Translations under genes and position numbers: made by a program
Notes under the pieces: model-generated
What the model was told of the DNA's origin: nothing
Seen by the model: the letters and a program-made list of their open reading frames with translations, nothing else
The model's database searches: none
Shown: in pieces, positions 20,008-31,841 of the stretch
Position numbering within the stretch: the first letter of the stretch is position 1
Layout of the letters: the number at the start of each line of letters is the position of its first letter
Assembly: GCA_965217185.1 (NCBI GenBank)
Contig: OZ244252.1
Coordinates: 64,001 to 128,000 of the forward strand
From: an uncultured Candidatus Entotheonella sp.
GTDB lineage: Bacteria > Tectomicrobia > Entotheonellia > Entotheonellales > Entotheonellaceae
Direction of reading: 5' to 3'
Length of the DNA: 64,000 nucleotides

Positions 20008-20970
20008 ATGAAATTCGGTCTGCATCTCGGCACGCGGGGCGTCGTTGCGCGTGCGGACGGCCTGCGGCGGGTGGCGCAGCACTGCGAGCGTCTGGGGCTG
20101 TCGTATTTCGGCCTCAGCGATCACGTCATCATCCCGGCACGCACGTCCTCTCGATATCCCTACAACGATTCCGGCACGTGGCCGGCCACCGATACGGGCT
20201 TGTGCCTTGAACAGCTCACCGCGTTGACGTGGGCTGCGGCCGCTACCGAACGCATCCGGCTGCTCACCTCGGTGATGGTGCTGATGCACCGCCCGCCGGT
20301 GTTGACCGCCAAGATGCTGGCTACCCTGGACGTGCTGTCCGGGGGCCGTCTGACGCTGGGAGTTGGAGTTGGTTGGATGGCCGAGGAACTGGCCGTTCTG
20401 GGTGCGCCGCGTTTCGATCGCCGGGGGGCGGCGTCCAACGAGTACATTCGTGCCTTCCGGTCGCTGTGGACGGAGGACGATCCGGCCATGGATGGCGAGT
20501 TCGTGCGCTTTGCCGGGGTGCGGTTTGCGCCCAAACCGGCGTCAAGACTGCCCATCTGGATCGGCGGCGAAGGTGCGGCAGCGCGGCGCCGCGCGGGACG
20601 CCTGGGCGACGGCTGGTATCCGGTCGGGCGCAACCCGCGCGCCATGCTGGACACGCCAGCGTTATTTGGTGAGGCGCTCGTAGACGTGCATCGCCACGCC
20701 GAGACGGCGGGCCGCAACCCTCACGATATCGATACCGCCATGTTTATCCCGTGGTATTGCCTCGGAACCGAATTGCCGCGTCCCGAGGGCGGGCGGCTGC
20801 CGTTTGCGGGTTCCGCAGGGCGCATTGCGGAAGACGTGGCGGCATTTGGCGAACGGGGACTGAAGCACCTGATTATCGGCTTCGAGAGTGACGACCTCAG
20901 TGAGACGCTGGACCTTACCGAGCAGTTCGCCAAGGAGGTTGCGGGCTGTGGTGTTGACAGTACCGGCTAA
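20008..20970 (+). CDS. LLM-class (probably F420-dependent) oxidoreductase
   Basis: SDHVIIP, LDVLSGGRLTLGVGVGW, PIWIGG. Confidence 0.9.
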   Translation: MKFGLHLGTRGVVARADGLRRVAQHCERLGLSYFGLSDHVIIPARTSSRYPYNDSGTWPATDTGLCLEQLTALTWAAAATERIRLLTSVMVLMHRPPVLTAKMLATLDVLSGGRLTLGVGVGWMAEELAVLGAPRFDRRGAASNEYIRAFRSLWTEDDPAMDGEFVRFAGVRFAPKPASRLPIWIGGEGAAARRRAGRLGDGWYPVGRNPRAMLDTPALFGEALVDVHRHAETAGRNPHDIDTAMFIPWYCLGTELPRPEGGRLPFAGSAGRIAEDVAAFGERGLKHLIIGFESDDLSETLDLTEQFAKEVAGCGVDSTG

Positions 20971-22157
20971 CGACCGGTTTGCCCGGTCGCCGACAGGTAG
21001 GGGCGGGTAATGGCGCGGCCGATCACGACGTTCTGAATTTCCGTGGTGCCGTCCAGATATTGCGCCATTTTGGCGACGGTCAAGTGGCGTGCCAGTGGGT
21101 ATTCGGTGCGGAAGCCGTTTGCCCCCATGGCCTGCATGCAGTCGGCGATGCGGCTGAGCGCCACCCGCGTGGCGAACTTCTTAGCATGGGCGGCGGCCAG
21201 GGTATGACGGCCCGTTCCATCGTCGAGCACCGTGGCGGCATGCGCGGTCAGCAGTCGTGCGGCCTCCAGGTCGGTAGCGGCGTCGGCCAGCAGCGACTGG
21301 ACGGCTTGGTGCTCCAGCACCGATTTTCCGAACGTGCGCCGTCCGGCGCCGTGCTCCATCGCCACTTCCAACGATCTTCCCAGCATGCCGCAGCACATGG
21401 CGGCGACCGTGATGCGCGCGAAATCGACCCCGGCCAAAGCTGCCTTGAATCCCTCGCCGGGTCCCACCAGAACGTCGTCCACGCCGATGTGGCATCCTTC
21501 GAAACGAAATCCGCCGGTTCCGAGCGCGTGGCCGCCCAACAGGCGATAGGCCGGTTCCCGGATCACTCCTGGGGCGTCGGCTTCCACGATGAAGCAAGCG
21601 ATGCCGCGCCAGCCTGCCGACGCATCGGTCTGGGCGTACACGCTCAACAGGTCGGCGGTTGCGCCGTTGCTGACCCATGCCTTGGCGCCGTCGAGCCGCC
21701 AGCCGCGGCCATCTCGCCGCGCTGTCGTCGTCATCGCCGCCGCGTCGCTTCCGCCTTGAGGCTCGGTGAGCAGGAAAGCGCCGATTTGCTCGCCAGCGAT
21801 CAGTCCTGGCAGCCAACGCTCCAGTTGCGGGGTGCTGGCGTTGCGCGTGATGCCGCGCGCCAGGTTGTTATGCACGGTCAGCGCGAATGCTGAGGCCATG
21901 CAGGCTGCGGCCAGGGCTTCCACGACCAGAGTCATGGCCGGCATGCCGAGCCCGTGGCCGTGCATGGATTCCGGTACGGTGAGGCGACACAGCCCGCGCG
22001 CGGCGGCTTCCCGGAAGGCTTCCCTGGGAATGCTTCCGGCTTCCTCCCAAGCATCGGCATTCGGTTCGATCACATCGCGCGCAAACGCCCGCGCGGCGTC
22101 CACCACCTTCATTTCACGATCCGAAATCGGGGGCATAACAGCGGCAAGACCGTTCAT
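20967..22157 (-). CDS. Acyl-CoA dehydrogenase family protein
   Basis: LTEPQGGSDA, GAKAWVSNG, DGTTEIQ. Confidence 0.9.
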   Translation of the reverse strand: MNGLAAVMPPISDREMKVVDAARAFARDVIEPNADAWEEAGSIPREAFREAAARGLCRLTVPESMHGHGLGMPAMTLVVEALAAACMASAFALTVHNNLARGITRNASTPQLERWLPGLIAGEQIGAFLLTEPQGGSDAAAMTTTARRDGRGWRLDGAKAWVSNGATADLLSVYAQTDASAGWRGIACFIVEADAPGVIREPAYRLLGGHALGTGGFRFEGCHIGVDDVLVGPGEGFKAALAGVDFARITVAAMCCGMLGRSLEVAMEHGAGRRTFGKSVLEHQAVQSLLADAATDLEAARLLTAHAATVLDDGTGRHTLAAAHAKKFATRVALSRIADCMQAMGANGFRTEYPLARHLTVAKMAQYLDGTTEIQNVVIGRAITRPYLSATGQTGR

Positions 22158-22265
22158 GGCAATCCATCAGCAACAACGTTGGCAGGATTGAAAGCGTAGG
22201 TCGTAATGCCAGGAATAGCTGGGAGGTTGCCTCGGCAACGTCGAATGCGGGTAGTTTCCAGGGGA

Positions 22266-22349
22266 TGCCGAAGGGGGGATTTGAACCCCCACGCCCGGTG
22301 AGGCACCACCCCCTCAAGATGGCGTGTCTACCATTTCCACCACTTCGGC
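22266..22349 (-). tRNA. tRNA-Leu(GAG), CCA not encoded
   Basis: GCCGAAG acceptor stem, anticodon loop TT-GAG-GG, long variable arm, GTTCAAATC T-loop; lies downstream of secG. Confidence 0.96.
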
Positions 22350-22452
22350 ATGCTTGCACGTCCCGAAAAACAGGTTTCCGAGACGGAAAGGAGGCACAGC
22401 ATAGCGCCTGCGCCCGGCCATTGTCAACGGCTTTCTCGGGCCGCCTGACCGG

Positions 22453-22827
22453 CTATTGTGTCGTTTCTTCCTGAGCCTCAGGCGCGGGTGCATTCTCCAC
22501 CGGCGGGGCTTCTTCGGGAGCAATCGGAGGCGCCGGCACCGCGGGTTGGTCGGTAGCGGCCGGGGCCTGATCCATAATCACTGAACTCTGGCCGCGGTGG
22601 GCGGAAAAATAGGCCAAGCTCAGGGACGTGATCATGAAGACGGCAGCGGCAACGGTCGTCATCTGCGACAGGAACGTCGTCGGGCCGCGGCTGCCGAAAA
22701 TGGTTTGCGATGAGCTAGCACCACCAAACGCGGCGCCGATGGACTGGCCCTTACCGACCTGCAAAAGAACGACCAGAATGAGGGTCAGTGCTACCATGAC
22801 GTGGACCACGATGAGCAGGATGAACAT
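22453..22827 (-). CDS. secG: Preprotein translocase subunit SecG
   Basis: VLLQVGKG..IGAAFGG, two transmembrane segments, tpiA-secG-tRNA-Leu synteny. Confidence 0.95.
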   Translation of the reverse strand: MFILLIVVHVMVALTLILVVLLQVGKGQSIGAAFGGASSSQTIFGSRGPTTFLSQMTTVAAAVFMITSLSLAYFSAHRGQSSVIMDQAPAATDQPAVPAPPIAPEEAPPVENAPAPEAQEETTQ

Positions 22828-22841
22828 GTTGTGACATTCCT

Positions 22842-23612
22842 TCACGAATAGGTCAGAAGTTGGATGAATGAATCGACGTCGAGGCTTGCGCCGCCCACCA
22901 AGGCGCCGTCGACATCTTCTTCGGCCATCAGGGCGGCGATGTTGCCCGGATTGACGCTGCCGCCGTACTGAATGCGCACCGCCTCAGCCGCCTCGGTTCC
23001 CCAGCGTTGCGCCAGCAAGTCGCGCAGATAGCGATGCGCCTCCTGCGCCTGCTGCGGCATGGCGCTCACACCCGTGCCAATGGCCCACAACGGCTCGTAG
23101 CCCAAGACGATGCGGGGCATGGCGTCCGCCGAACACGATGCCAAGCTGTTCTGTATCTGCCGCTTGAGTACGTCGAAGGTCTGCCCCGCCTGCCGCTCGT
23201 CGAGCGTTTCCCCAATGCAGACAATTGGTTGCAGCCCAGCTTGCAACGCGGCGGATACTTTTCTGTCAACGATGACGTCTGTTTCGCCGAACCCTTGCCG
23301 GCGCTCGGAATGGCCGATGATGACATGGGAACATCCGACGTCAACCAGCATGGCAGCAGAAATTTCGCCTGTGTGCGCCCCGGCGGGCTCCCAGAATAGG
23401 TCCTGCGCGGCCAGGCGAAACGGTGTCGCGCGCAGGCGGCCTTGCAGGGTGGAGAGTGCCGTGAACGGCGCCGCTATGACGGCTTCAACGATGCCAGGGT
23501 CGGGGCACTGGTGCAGGAGATTGTCGGCGAACTGCCCGGCCTCCTCAAGGGTTTTGTTCATCTTCCAATTGGCGGCAATGATGGATCGCCGCCCGTTTGG
23601 GTTGTTCGGCAT
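22842..23612 (-). CDS. tpiA: Triosephosphate isomerase
   Basis: NWKMN, IGHSERR, YEPLWAIGTG, YGGSV, LVGGASL. Confidence 0.98.
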   Translation of the reverse strand: MPNNPNGRRSIIAANWKMNKTLEEAGQFADNLLHQCPDPGIVEAVIAAPFTALSTLQGRLRATPFRLAAQDLFWEPAGAHTGEISAAMLVDVGCSHVIIGHSERRQGFGETDVIVDRKVSAALQAGLQPIVCIGETLDERQAGQTFDVLKRQIQNSLASCSADAMPRIVLGYEPLWAIGTGVSAMPQQAQEAHRYLRDLLAQRWGTEAAEAVRIQYGGSVNPGNIAALMAEEDVDGALVGGASLDVDSFIQLLTYS

Positions 23613-23628
23613 CGCGGAGTCTCCCGTG

Positions 23629-25029
23629 TCAGGCGGCTTTGGCGCCGTGATTGGCGACGTAGTCCACGAGAATATATTCCCCCAAGTTGTTGGGAGAGGC
23701 GAAGAAGGCCCGCCCGCGGTTGACCTTGGTCAGTTCGCTCACAAAACGCCTCATGGGGCCGTTCTCTCCGAGCATGAAGGTGTTGATGGTGATCCCGCGG
23801 CGCGTACAGCGTTTCGCCTCCTTCAGTGTTGCCGTCAAGGTTTGCGGCGATGGCGGGTATTCCAGGCAGATGTTGCGGCCGCGGATATGAGCGGTAGGCT
23901 CGCCGTCCGTTATCAGGATGACCTGCTGGTTTCCGGTGCGCTGTTGGTTGAAGAGCCGCCCGGCCACTTGCAGCCCCGCCTGGATGTTGGTGAAGGCCGT
24001 CGGGACACCGGCTTGGCCGCTCGCGGCCTCGGCGGCGTCGACCTGTACATTTACGAACCCCAGCGGATTGCGGTACATGCTGCGGTAAAAATGGGGAAAG
24101 AAACCCAACGGTTTGGGAGACAAGGAGGGGATGTCGGCCAATTGCAATTCCTGGGCGTACGTGCAGAACCCGACGACGTGCAACTGGTCACGCGGGAACT
24201 GGGTGCGGATCAGGGCATCGAGGGCCAGGGCAACCCGCTTGGCCGCGGTGAAGCGGCCGTAGCGAGCCATCGAGCCGCTCATGTCAAGCAGCAGTACCGT
24301 GGTGCAGCGGACCGCGGACTCGGTGTCGTGGACCTCGAAGTCTTGTGGTGTCAAGCGAATCGATGTCCGCCCATCGGTGCGTTGCACGGCATTCATGATC
24401 GTCCGTCCCAGGTTGATCGCAAAAGCATCGCCAAACTGATAGGGCCGGCTGTCTTCCAACCGTTCGCCACCCACCCCGTTCCGTCGTATGGCATGCCCGC
24501 CGAACGAGCTGCGACGCAGGGAGGAAAAGACATCCAGCATGGCGCGCTGGGCAATGCGGCGGATGCCTCGCGCCGTCAGTTCGAGCCGGGTTCCGTTGCG
24601 CTCTACGTACCGCTCCAGGCCTTTGGTCAGTTCCTTGAATACGCACACTTGACGCCGCGCTTCATTTCCCATTATCCTTTCAACCAGATCGTCGTCGATG
24701 GTATCCGTATCGCTGCCCCAGAAAACGCCGTCCAGCATCCTATCAAGTCTTTCCACTTCTATGAGCCACCAGTTCTGCACCATATCCTCTGAGTCATACT
24801 CAGCCAGTGCCTGTTGCCGCATGTCGAACAGCCGGTCGCGGATGTCCCGCAAACCCGGCATGGAGCGTCCTCGTCGATCGGTGAAACCTTGCTGTATCAG
24901 AAGTCGTAGGGCCTTCCGCAGATCGCCGTGTTCAATGATTGAATCGGCCATGCCATCAAGCGCGTCTTCGGGATCGGGATGGAGACAACCGAGGGAGTCA
25001 TTCCAGGCGGAGTAGCGATAGCGCCGCAT
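23629..25029 (-). CDS. VWA-domain protein (Rv0959-like, short form)
   Basis: RYRYSAW start, MIDAS DMSGSM, TNIQAGL, ITDGEPTAH. Confidence 0.8.
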   Translation of the reverse strand: MRRYRYSAWNDSLGCLHPDPEDALDGMADSIIEHGDLRKALRLLIQQGFTDRRGRSMPGLRDIRDRLFDMRQQALAEYDSEDMVQNWWLIEVERLDRMLDGVFWGSDTDTIDDDLVERIMGNEARRQVCVFKELTKGLERYVERNGTRLELTARGIRRIAQRAMLDVFSSLRRSSFGGHAIRRNGVGGERLEDSRPYQFGDAFAINLGRTIMNAVQRTDGRTSIRLTPQDFEVHDTESAVRCTTVLLLDMSGSMARYGRFTAAKRVALALDALIRTQFPRDQLHVVGFCTYAQELQLADIPSLSPKPLGFFPHFYRSMYRNPLGFVNVQVDAAEAASGQAGVPTAFTNIQAGLQVAGRLFNQQRTGNQQVILITDGEPTAHIRGRNICLEYPPSPQTLTATLKEAKRCTRRGITINTFMLGENGPMRRFVSELTKVNRGRAFFASPNNLGEYILVDYVANHGAKAA

Positions 25030-25260
25030 GCTGCTGGGGCACCTTTGAGCCAAGACCATACACCAGAGTGAGGTTCTTCGTGTCAAACGGACGCACATTT
25101 TGGCCGTTGCACCCGCCGAAGTCAACCTGCGCCCCGATTATGGCGTCATTGACACGAATTCGTTAAAGTTTCTAGGTGTTTGAGTTGACAGGTCTTATAT
25201 TATTTCGGGTTTGTCGTTCCTGCTCTTGTAGTCCTGTAGACGTTTCATGGAGAACGTGAG

Positions 25261-25560
25261 ATGAAAAGTGCCCTTGAATTGGCGATGCAAAAGGTAAACG
25301 CTCGCCAGGACCGGCCGCCTGTAGCGTCGCTGACGGAGGACCAGCGTCGTGAAATTGGCGAGTTGCGCAAGCAGTACGAGGCAAAGATCGCTGAAAAAGA
25401 GATCATGATGCAGGCCGAGATACGCCGTTTGGTGCGTGGACGGCCGCCACAGGAAGCCGCAGCAAAGGTTCCCGAGCTTCAGGCCCAGTTTCAGGAGAGC
25501 AAGAAGGCGTTCCAGGAAGAGTTGGAAGCTAAGGTCTCGGCGCTCCGAGACGCGTCATAG
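25261..25560 (+). CDS. Small helical/coiled-coil hypothetical protein
   Basis: MKSALELAM start, GGAG RBS, 10 bp upstream of the next gene. Confidence 0.75.
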   Translation: MKSALELAMQKVNARQDRPPVASLTEDQRREIGELRKQYEAKIAEKEIMMQAEIRRLVRGRPPQEAAAKVPELQAQFQESKKAFQEELEAKVSALRDAS

Positions 25561-25570
25561 GAGAGAAGAC

Positions 25571-27874
25571 TTGGCAGAGCAACAACCTTCAGGGCCAAAG
25601 CGGCGTTGGGTTTGGTGGGTGTTTGCTTGTCTGGCGGTGCTAGTTTGTTTGTCGCCCATCGATTCACAGGCGGCTCAGGGGCGACATGCCGACAAGCTGT
25701 TCCCGATGCCCAAGTCGCTGAAGCCCAACGTGGACTTCTGGATACACGTCTTTGCCAGACTGGAGGGCGGCTCTGGCGTCCTGCATGACGACGAAGATAT
25801 GGGCATTATCTATCAGACGTTATACGACTTGCCGCGTGACAAGGAACGTCGCAGGAGCCTGATCAGGCGGAAGCGTGATTATTACAAAGGCATTCTGGAA
25901 CGACTGGCGCGCGGCAAGCGTCGAGGGTTGACACGCGACGAGCGGCGTGTCCTGGCGATGTTTGAGGGCAGGCAGACCGCGGCGGCGTTTCGCAAGGCAG
26001 CCGAGCAGGTGCGTTTTCAAGGCGGTATACGGGAGGCGTTCAAGGCGGGCTTGGTGCGTTCGGGGGCGTATCTGCCGATAATCGAGCCGATTTTTAAACG
26101 CGCGGGTCTGCCGAAAGAATTGGTCCTGCTGCCTCACGTCGAGTCGTCCTTTCGCAACGATGCGCGTTCCAAATCCGGTGCCGCGGGCATCTGGCAGTTC
26201 ATGCCGTCCACAGGCCGCCGGTTCCTGAGGGTCAACAGTAGGGTGGACGAACGCCACGACGTTCGGCTGGCGACTATTGCGGCCACCAAACTGTTGAAGG
26301 AGAATTACAGCCTTCTGGGCACTTGGCCCTTGGCGATCACGGCCTACAATCACGGCGCCTGGGGCATGAAGAAGGCGGTGGCGAAGACGGGCACGAAGGA
26401 CATTGGCAAGATTGTGCGGCGTTACCGTGGACGCACGTTCGGCTTCGCATCGCGCAATTTCTATGCCGAGTTTCTTGCCGCGGTTCACGTAGTAAGGAAT
26501 TATGAGCGGTACTTTGGTTCTATCCGGTTTGCCGAGCCTTCGATAAAGCCCGTTCGGCCGCAGCATTACCGGGTGCAGCGGGGAGATTCACTGCGGCGGA
26601 TCGCCAAGCGTTTCAATACAACTGTCAGCGCCTTGGCGGCCCTGAATAACCTGGAGCGACTGCACCTGATTCAGGTTGGCCAGATATTACGTATCCCGGT
26701 AAAGCATGATCGTTACCGGGTCCGTCGCGGCGACACGCTGGGGCGCATTGCCAAACGCTTTGGCACCACCGTCGACAGGCTGGTCGCCATGAACAACATG
26801 GACCAGGCGCATTTCATCAAGCCGGATCAGGTGCTGCGCGTGCCGGCGGGACGAATGGCAGCGGCGCCAGCCGTTGACGAGCCGGTGCAGCCGCAGAAAC
26901 CTCGGCACTACCGGGTCCGTCGCGGCGACACGCTGGGGCGCATTGCCAAACGCTTTGGCACCACCGTCGACAGGCTGGTCGCCATGAACAACATGGACCA
27001 GGCGCATTTCATCAAGCCGGATCAGGTGCTGCGCGTGCCGGCGGGACGAATGGCAGCGGCGCCAGCCGTTGACGAGCCGGTGCAACCTCAGGAACCTCGG
27101 CACTACCGGGTCCGTCGTGGCGACACGCTGGGGCGCATTGCCAAACGCTTTGGCACCACTGTGGACACGCTGGTCGCCATGAACAACATGGACCAGGCGC
27201 ATTTCATCAAGCCGGGTCAGGTGCTGCGCGTGCCGGCGGGACGAATGGCAGCGTCGCCAGTCGTTGACGAGCCGGTGCAGCCGCAGAAACCTCGGCACTA
27301 CCGGGTCCGTCGTGGCGACACGCTGGGGCGCATTGCCAAACGCTTTGGCACGACCGTCGACACACTGGTTGCCATGAACGGCATGGACCAGGCGCATTTC
27401 ATCAAGCCGGGTCAAGTTCTGCGCGTGGCGGGCGGGCGAACGGCAGCGTCGCCAGTTGTTCACGAGCCAGTGCAGCCGCAGAGGCCGCAGCGCTACCGAG
27501 TGCGGCCCGGTGACTCTCTGAGCGTCATTGCGGCGCGTTTCAACACCACCGTGGCGACACTGGCGATGGTGAACGGATTGTCCAAGTCCTACCTCATCAA
27601 GCCGGGGCAAGTTCTCGACGTGGCGCAACCGATGCCGCTGCGGCGCTACCAGGTGAGACGAGGCGACACGCTTGGGCGGGTGGCAAAGCGTTTCCGCACC
27701 ACCGTGGCGATGTTGGCGGCGCTCAATGGTCTGCGAAAACCCTATTTGATCAGGGCCGGTCAGACTCTCGTCATCCCGCAACTCCGTTCTCAGCACCCGG
27801 ACGACAGCACCGTCACCGGGATGCGTTTTCCCGGTGAAGACTTGCGGGTAGGTCTTTGGGTGGCCGCGGCATGA
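25571..27874 (+). CDS. MltD-like lytic transglycosylase with 7 LysM domains
   Basis: LPHVESSF, AAGIWQFM, ITAYNHG followed by seven YRVxxGD.L..IA LysM units; probable TTG start. Confidence 0.9.
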   Translation: MAEQQPSGPKRRWVWWVFACLAVLVCLSPIDSQAAQGRHADKLFPMPKSLKPNVDFWIHVFARLEGGSGVLHDDEDMGIIYQTLYDLPRDKERRRSLIRRKRDYYKGILERLARGKRRGLTRDERRVLAMFEGRQTAAAFRKAAEQVRFQGGIREAFKAGLVRSGAYLPIIEPIFKRAGLPKELVLLPHVESSFRNDARSKSGAAGIWQFMPSTGRRFLRVNSRVDERHDVRLATIAATKLLKENYSLLGTWPLAITAYNHGAWGMKKAVAKTGTKDIGKIVRRYRGRTFGFASRNFYAEFLAAVHVVRNYERYFGSIRFAEPSIKPVRPQHYRVQRGDSLRRIAKRFNTTVSALAALNNLERLHLIQVGQILRIPVKHDRYRVRRGDTLGRIAKRFGTTVDRLVAMNNMDQAHFIKPDQVLRVPAGRMAAAPAVDEPVQPQKPRHYRVRRGDTLGRIAKRFGTTVDRLVAMNNMDQAHFIKPDQVLRVPAGRMAAAPAVDEPVQPQEPRHYRVRRGDTLGRIAKRFGTTVDTLVAMNNMDQAHFIKPGQVLRVPAGRMAASPVVDEPVQPQKPRHYRVRRGDTLGRIAKRFGTTVDTLVAMNGMDQAHFIKPGQVLRVAGGRTAASPVVHEPVQPQRPQRYRVRPGDSLSVIAARFNTTVATLAMVNGLSKSYLIKPGQVLDVAQPMPLRRYQVRRGDTLGRVAKRFRTTVAMLAALNGLRKPYLIRAGQTLVIPQLRSQHPDDSTVTGMRFPGEDLRVGLWVAAA
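26714..27493 (+). repeat. Four near-identical 195-bp intragenic tandem repeats (LysM plus linker)
   Basis: TACCGGGTCCGTCG recurs at 26714, 26909, 27104 and 27299. Confidence 0.95.
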
Positions 27875-28902
27875 CGGCGGTACTTGATCCGCCGAGCCGA
27901 CAGTGGGGTGTGAGTTATTTCGGGGTCCGAAATCCGCAGCATTTTCAACGAGATCTCGACGACATTGCCCGCCTCGGCTTTACCTACATCGTCTTTACCT
28001 TTTCCGAAAACGACCATCGGTTTTACCAAGGCAGCGTGGCCGATTGCGTGCGGCTGACCCAAGAGCGGGGTTTGCAAGCTTACGTTGATCCGTGGGGCGT
28101 GGGCGGCATGTTCGGAGGTGAGGCGTTCACGGAGCGCGGCGCATGGGACCTCGAGGGCCAGCAGCGCCGCAGCGATGGCCGACCCTTGCCGCTTCTGTGC
28201 CCCAATTCGGACGAAGCGAGAACATATCTTGTCCGGTGGGTCGACACGGTGGCGACCGTTTTGCAGGCCGACGCCATTTTCTGGGATGAGCCGCATTTTT
28301 ACCTGCCGTTCGGCGAGGCGCGTGCCCAAGGTCTGTGGGCCTGCTGCTGCAAGCGTTGCAAAGAGCGCTTCACGTCTGCTTATGGCAGGCCATTGCCCTG
28401 CACGGAAACACCTGACGTGCGGCATGCCAAGCAGGCCGCCATCGCCGATTTTCTCGGTGATATGACGACGGTGGCCGGCGAGAAGGGCTTGCGTAACATC
28501 GTCTGCCTGCTTATCGATCCCGATACCCTGGACGATCTGGAATCAAAATGGGAGCCGTATGCGGCGATGGCTCACATCGACGTGTTAGCGGCCGATCCGT
28601 ATCCGCTTTTTTATGGCCGTGACATCGCCACGACGCAGGTATTTTGCGAGGCGCTGCAGCATCTCGGCAACCGCTACGGTAAGGCGATTCAGATGTGGGT
28701 ACAAGGTTTTCGCGTGCCGCAGAACGCGGCGTCTTTGCTGGGGCAAGAGATGCGCCTGATGGCGGCGTGTGGCATTCGTGATATCGCCATGTGGAGCTAT
28801 CTGGCAACCGCCTTTATGTCGTCCCACGCCTGTGCCCAGCCTGAGCAGGTGTGGCAGGTGTTCACGCAGACGATGGCCGAACTGAGCGCTGGAGAGGAAT
28901 AA
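27871..28902 (+). CDS. Putative glycoside-hydrolase-like TIM-barrel protein
   Basis: GVSYFG, VDPWG, IFWDEPH, ADPYP, MWVQGF; ATGA overlap with the transglycosylase stop. Confidence 0.65.
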   Translation: MTAVLDPPSRQWGVSYFGVRNPQHFQRDLDDIARLGFTYIVFTFSENDHRFYQGSVADCVRLTQERGLQAYVDPWGVGGMFGGEAFTERGAWDLEGQQRRSDGRPLPLLCPNSDEARTYLVRWVDTVATVLQADAIFWDEPHFYLPFGEARAQGLWACCCKRCKERFTSAYGRPLPCTETPDVRHAKQAAIADFLGDMTTVAGEKGLRNIVCLLIDPDTLDDLESKWEPYAAMAHIDVLAADPYPLFYGRDIATTQVFCEALQHLGNRYGKAIQMWVQGFRVPQNAASLLGQEMRLMAACGIRDIAMWSYLATAFMSSHACAQPEQVWQVFTQTMAELSAGEE

Positions 28903-28905
28903 ACG

Positions 28906-30267
28906 ATGCGAGTGGAACCGAACCCAGCCTCGGACGGCACGTCCTACCGCGCCTGGTTTCAGTGCATCGCGGGCTGTCCCGAGCAATACAGCCTGAAAGA
29001 CGTCATCTACCGGTGCCCACGCTGTGGCAACCTCCTGGAGGTGCGCCACGACCTGGACCGTCTGCGGCAGCGCACCCCGGACGACTGGAAAGAGATATTC
29101 GACAAGCGGTATCTGCGCACCCAATGGCCCTACGGCAGCGGTGTCTGGGGCAAGCATGAGTGGGTTTGCCCAGACGTTACGGCCGGCAACGTCGTGTCCA
29201 CCTTCGAGGGCGGCACCAACCTGTTCTGGGCCGAGCGGCTGGGAAAACAAATCGGGGTGCCCAACCTGTGGATCAAGCAGTGCGGCAACAGCCATACCGG
29301 GTCGTTCAAGGACCTGGGCATGACGGTGCTGGTGTCGATGGTGCGGCAGATGATCGCGGAGGGCAAAGACATTCCGGCGGTGGCGTGCGCCTCAACCGGC
29401 GATACCTCCGCGTCGCTGGCGGCATACTGCGCCGTCGCCGGTCTGCAGGCCATCGTTTTCCTCCCCAAGGGCAAAGTATCCAACGCCCAACTGATTCAGC
29501 CCATTGCCCACGGCGCTTTGACGCTGTCGCTGGATACGGACTTCGACGGTTGTATGGCGATCGTTCAGGAAGTTTGTTCGCGCCACAACATCTACCTCGC
29601 CAATTCGATGAATTCCTTGCGCATCGAGGGGCAGAAGACCATTAGCATCGAGCTTGTGCAGCAGTTCGACTGGGAGGTGCCGGATTGGGTCATCATTCCA
29701 GGCGGCAATCTCGGCAACGTGAGCGCCTTGGGGAAAGGCTTCATGATGATGCGCGAGTTGGGATTGATCTCGAAACTGCCGCGCATCGCTTGTGCCCAGG
29801 CGCAACGCGCCAATCCCCTGTATCTGAGCTATTTGAAGGGATTTGAAGACTTTCAGCCGATGCAGGCGAAGCCGACGCTGGCGAGCGCCATTCAGATCGG
29901 TCATCCGGTGAGCGTGCAGAAGGCTATCGCCACGTTGAGGGAATTCAACGGCGTGGTGGAGCAGGCGACCGAAGACGAGTTGGCCAATGCGTCGGCGTGG
30001 TCGGACCGCACGGGATTATTTAATTGCCCCCACACCGGCGTGGCGTTGGCCGCCCTGTTCAAACTTGCGCAGAGAGGCGACATCAACAAGGACGACCGGG
30101 TCGTAGTCATTTCCACGGCCAACGGCCTGAAATTTCCCGAATTCAAGATTCGCTACCACGAATCCCGCCTTGCCGACGTGAGTTCCCGCCACACCAACCT
30201 GCCTGTGGACCTCCCGGCTACGTATGACGCGGTACGGGAGGCCATTATGCGGGTGTTCGACCGTTAA
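28906..30267 (+). CDS. thrC: Threonine synthase
   Basis: [12 protein letters not shown] lysine, [16 protein letters not shown]. Confidence 0.95.
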   Translation: MRVEPNPASDGTSYRAWFQCIAGCPEQYSLKDVIYRCPRCGNLLEVRHDLDRLRQRTPDDWKEIFDKRYLRTQWPYGSGVWGKHEWVCPDVTAGNVVSTFEGGTNLFWAERLGKQIGVPNLWIKQCGNSHTGSFKDLGMTVLVSMVRQMIAEGKDIPAVACASTGDTSASLAAYCAVAGLQAIVFLPKGKVSNAQLIQPIAHGALTLSLDTDFDGCMAIVQEVCSRHNIYLANSMNSLRIEGQKTISIELVQQFDWEVPDWVIIPGGNLGNVSALGKGFMMMRELGLISKLPRIACAQAQRANPLYLSYLKGFEDFQPMQAKPTLASAIQIGHPVSVQKAIATLREFNGVVEQATEDELANASAWSDRTGLFNCPHTGVALAALFKLAQRGDINKDDRVVVISTANGLKFPEFKIRYHESRLADVSSRHTNLPVDLPATYDAVREAIMRVFDR

Positions 30268-30283
30268 ACGCCGCACAATCCTA

Positions 30284-31603
<1,320 letters not shown>

Positions 31604-31841
31604 AATAAGTTGTCTCCTTTTGTCTATCGTCTTGGAAGTCGAGTTGTAAATTCGGGGAAACGTGCGTTGCGCGTTGCGATACACCTGAGATGCAGGAGCG
31701 TTATCAGACGCTGTTTGGTAGGCGGAAGCGCTGATGATATGCGAAATGCCGCGTGTTTGCAAACCATGCCCGGCGCCGTCTAGGGTGCAGTTGGTTACTC
31801 GACGAGCCCGTCAGCTTACGAAGAATTCTCGAGGGGGAACC

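Noticed and set aside
18733..20289. 518-aa minus-strand ORF
   Set aside because: Antisense shadow of the cyclase and LLM genes
22200..22349. tRNA-Leu as an integration site for an island
   Set aside because: No integrase and no duplicated tRNA 3' end noticed in the window
23110..24792. 560-aa plus-strand ORF
   Set aside because: Antisense to tpiA and the VWA gene; no recognisable domain
26714..27493. Possible CRISPR-like array
   Set aside because: Units are 195 bp, in frame, have no unique spacers and encode LysM domains; no cas genes
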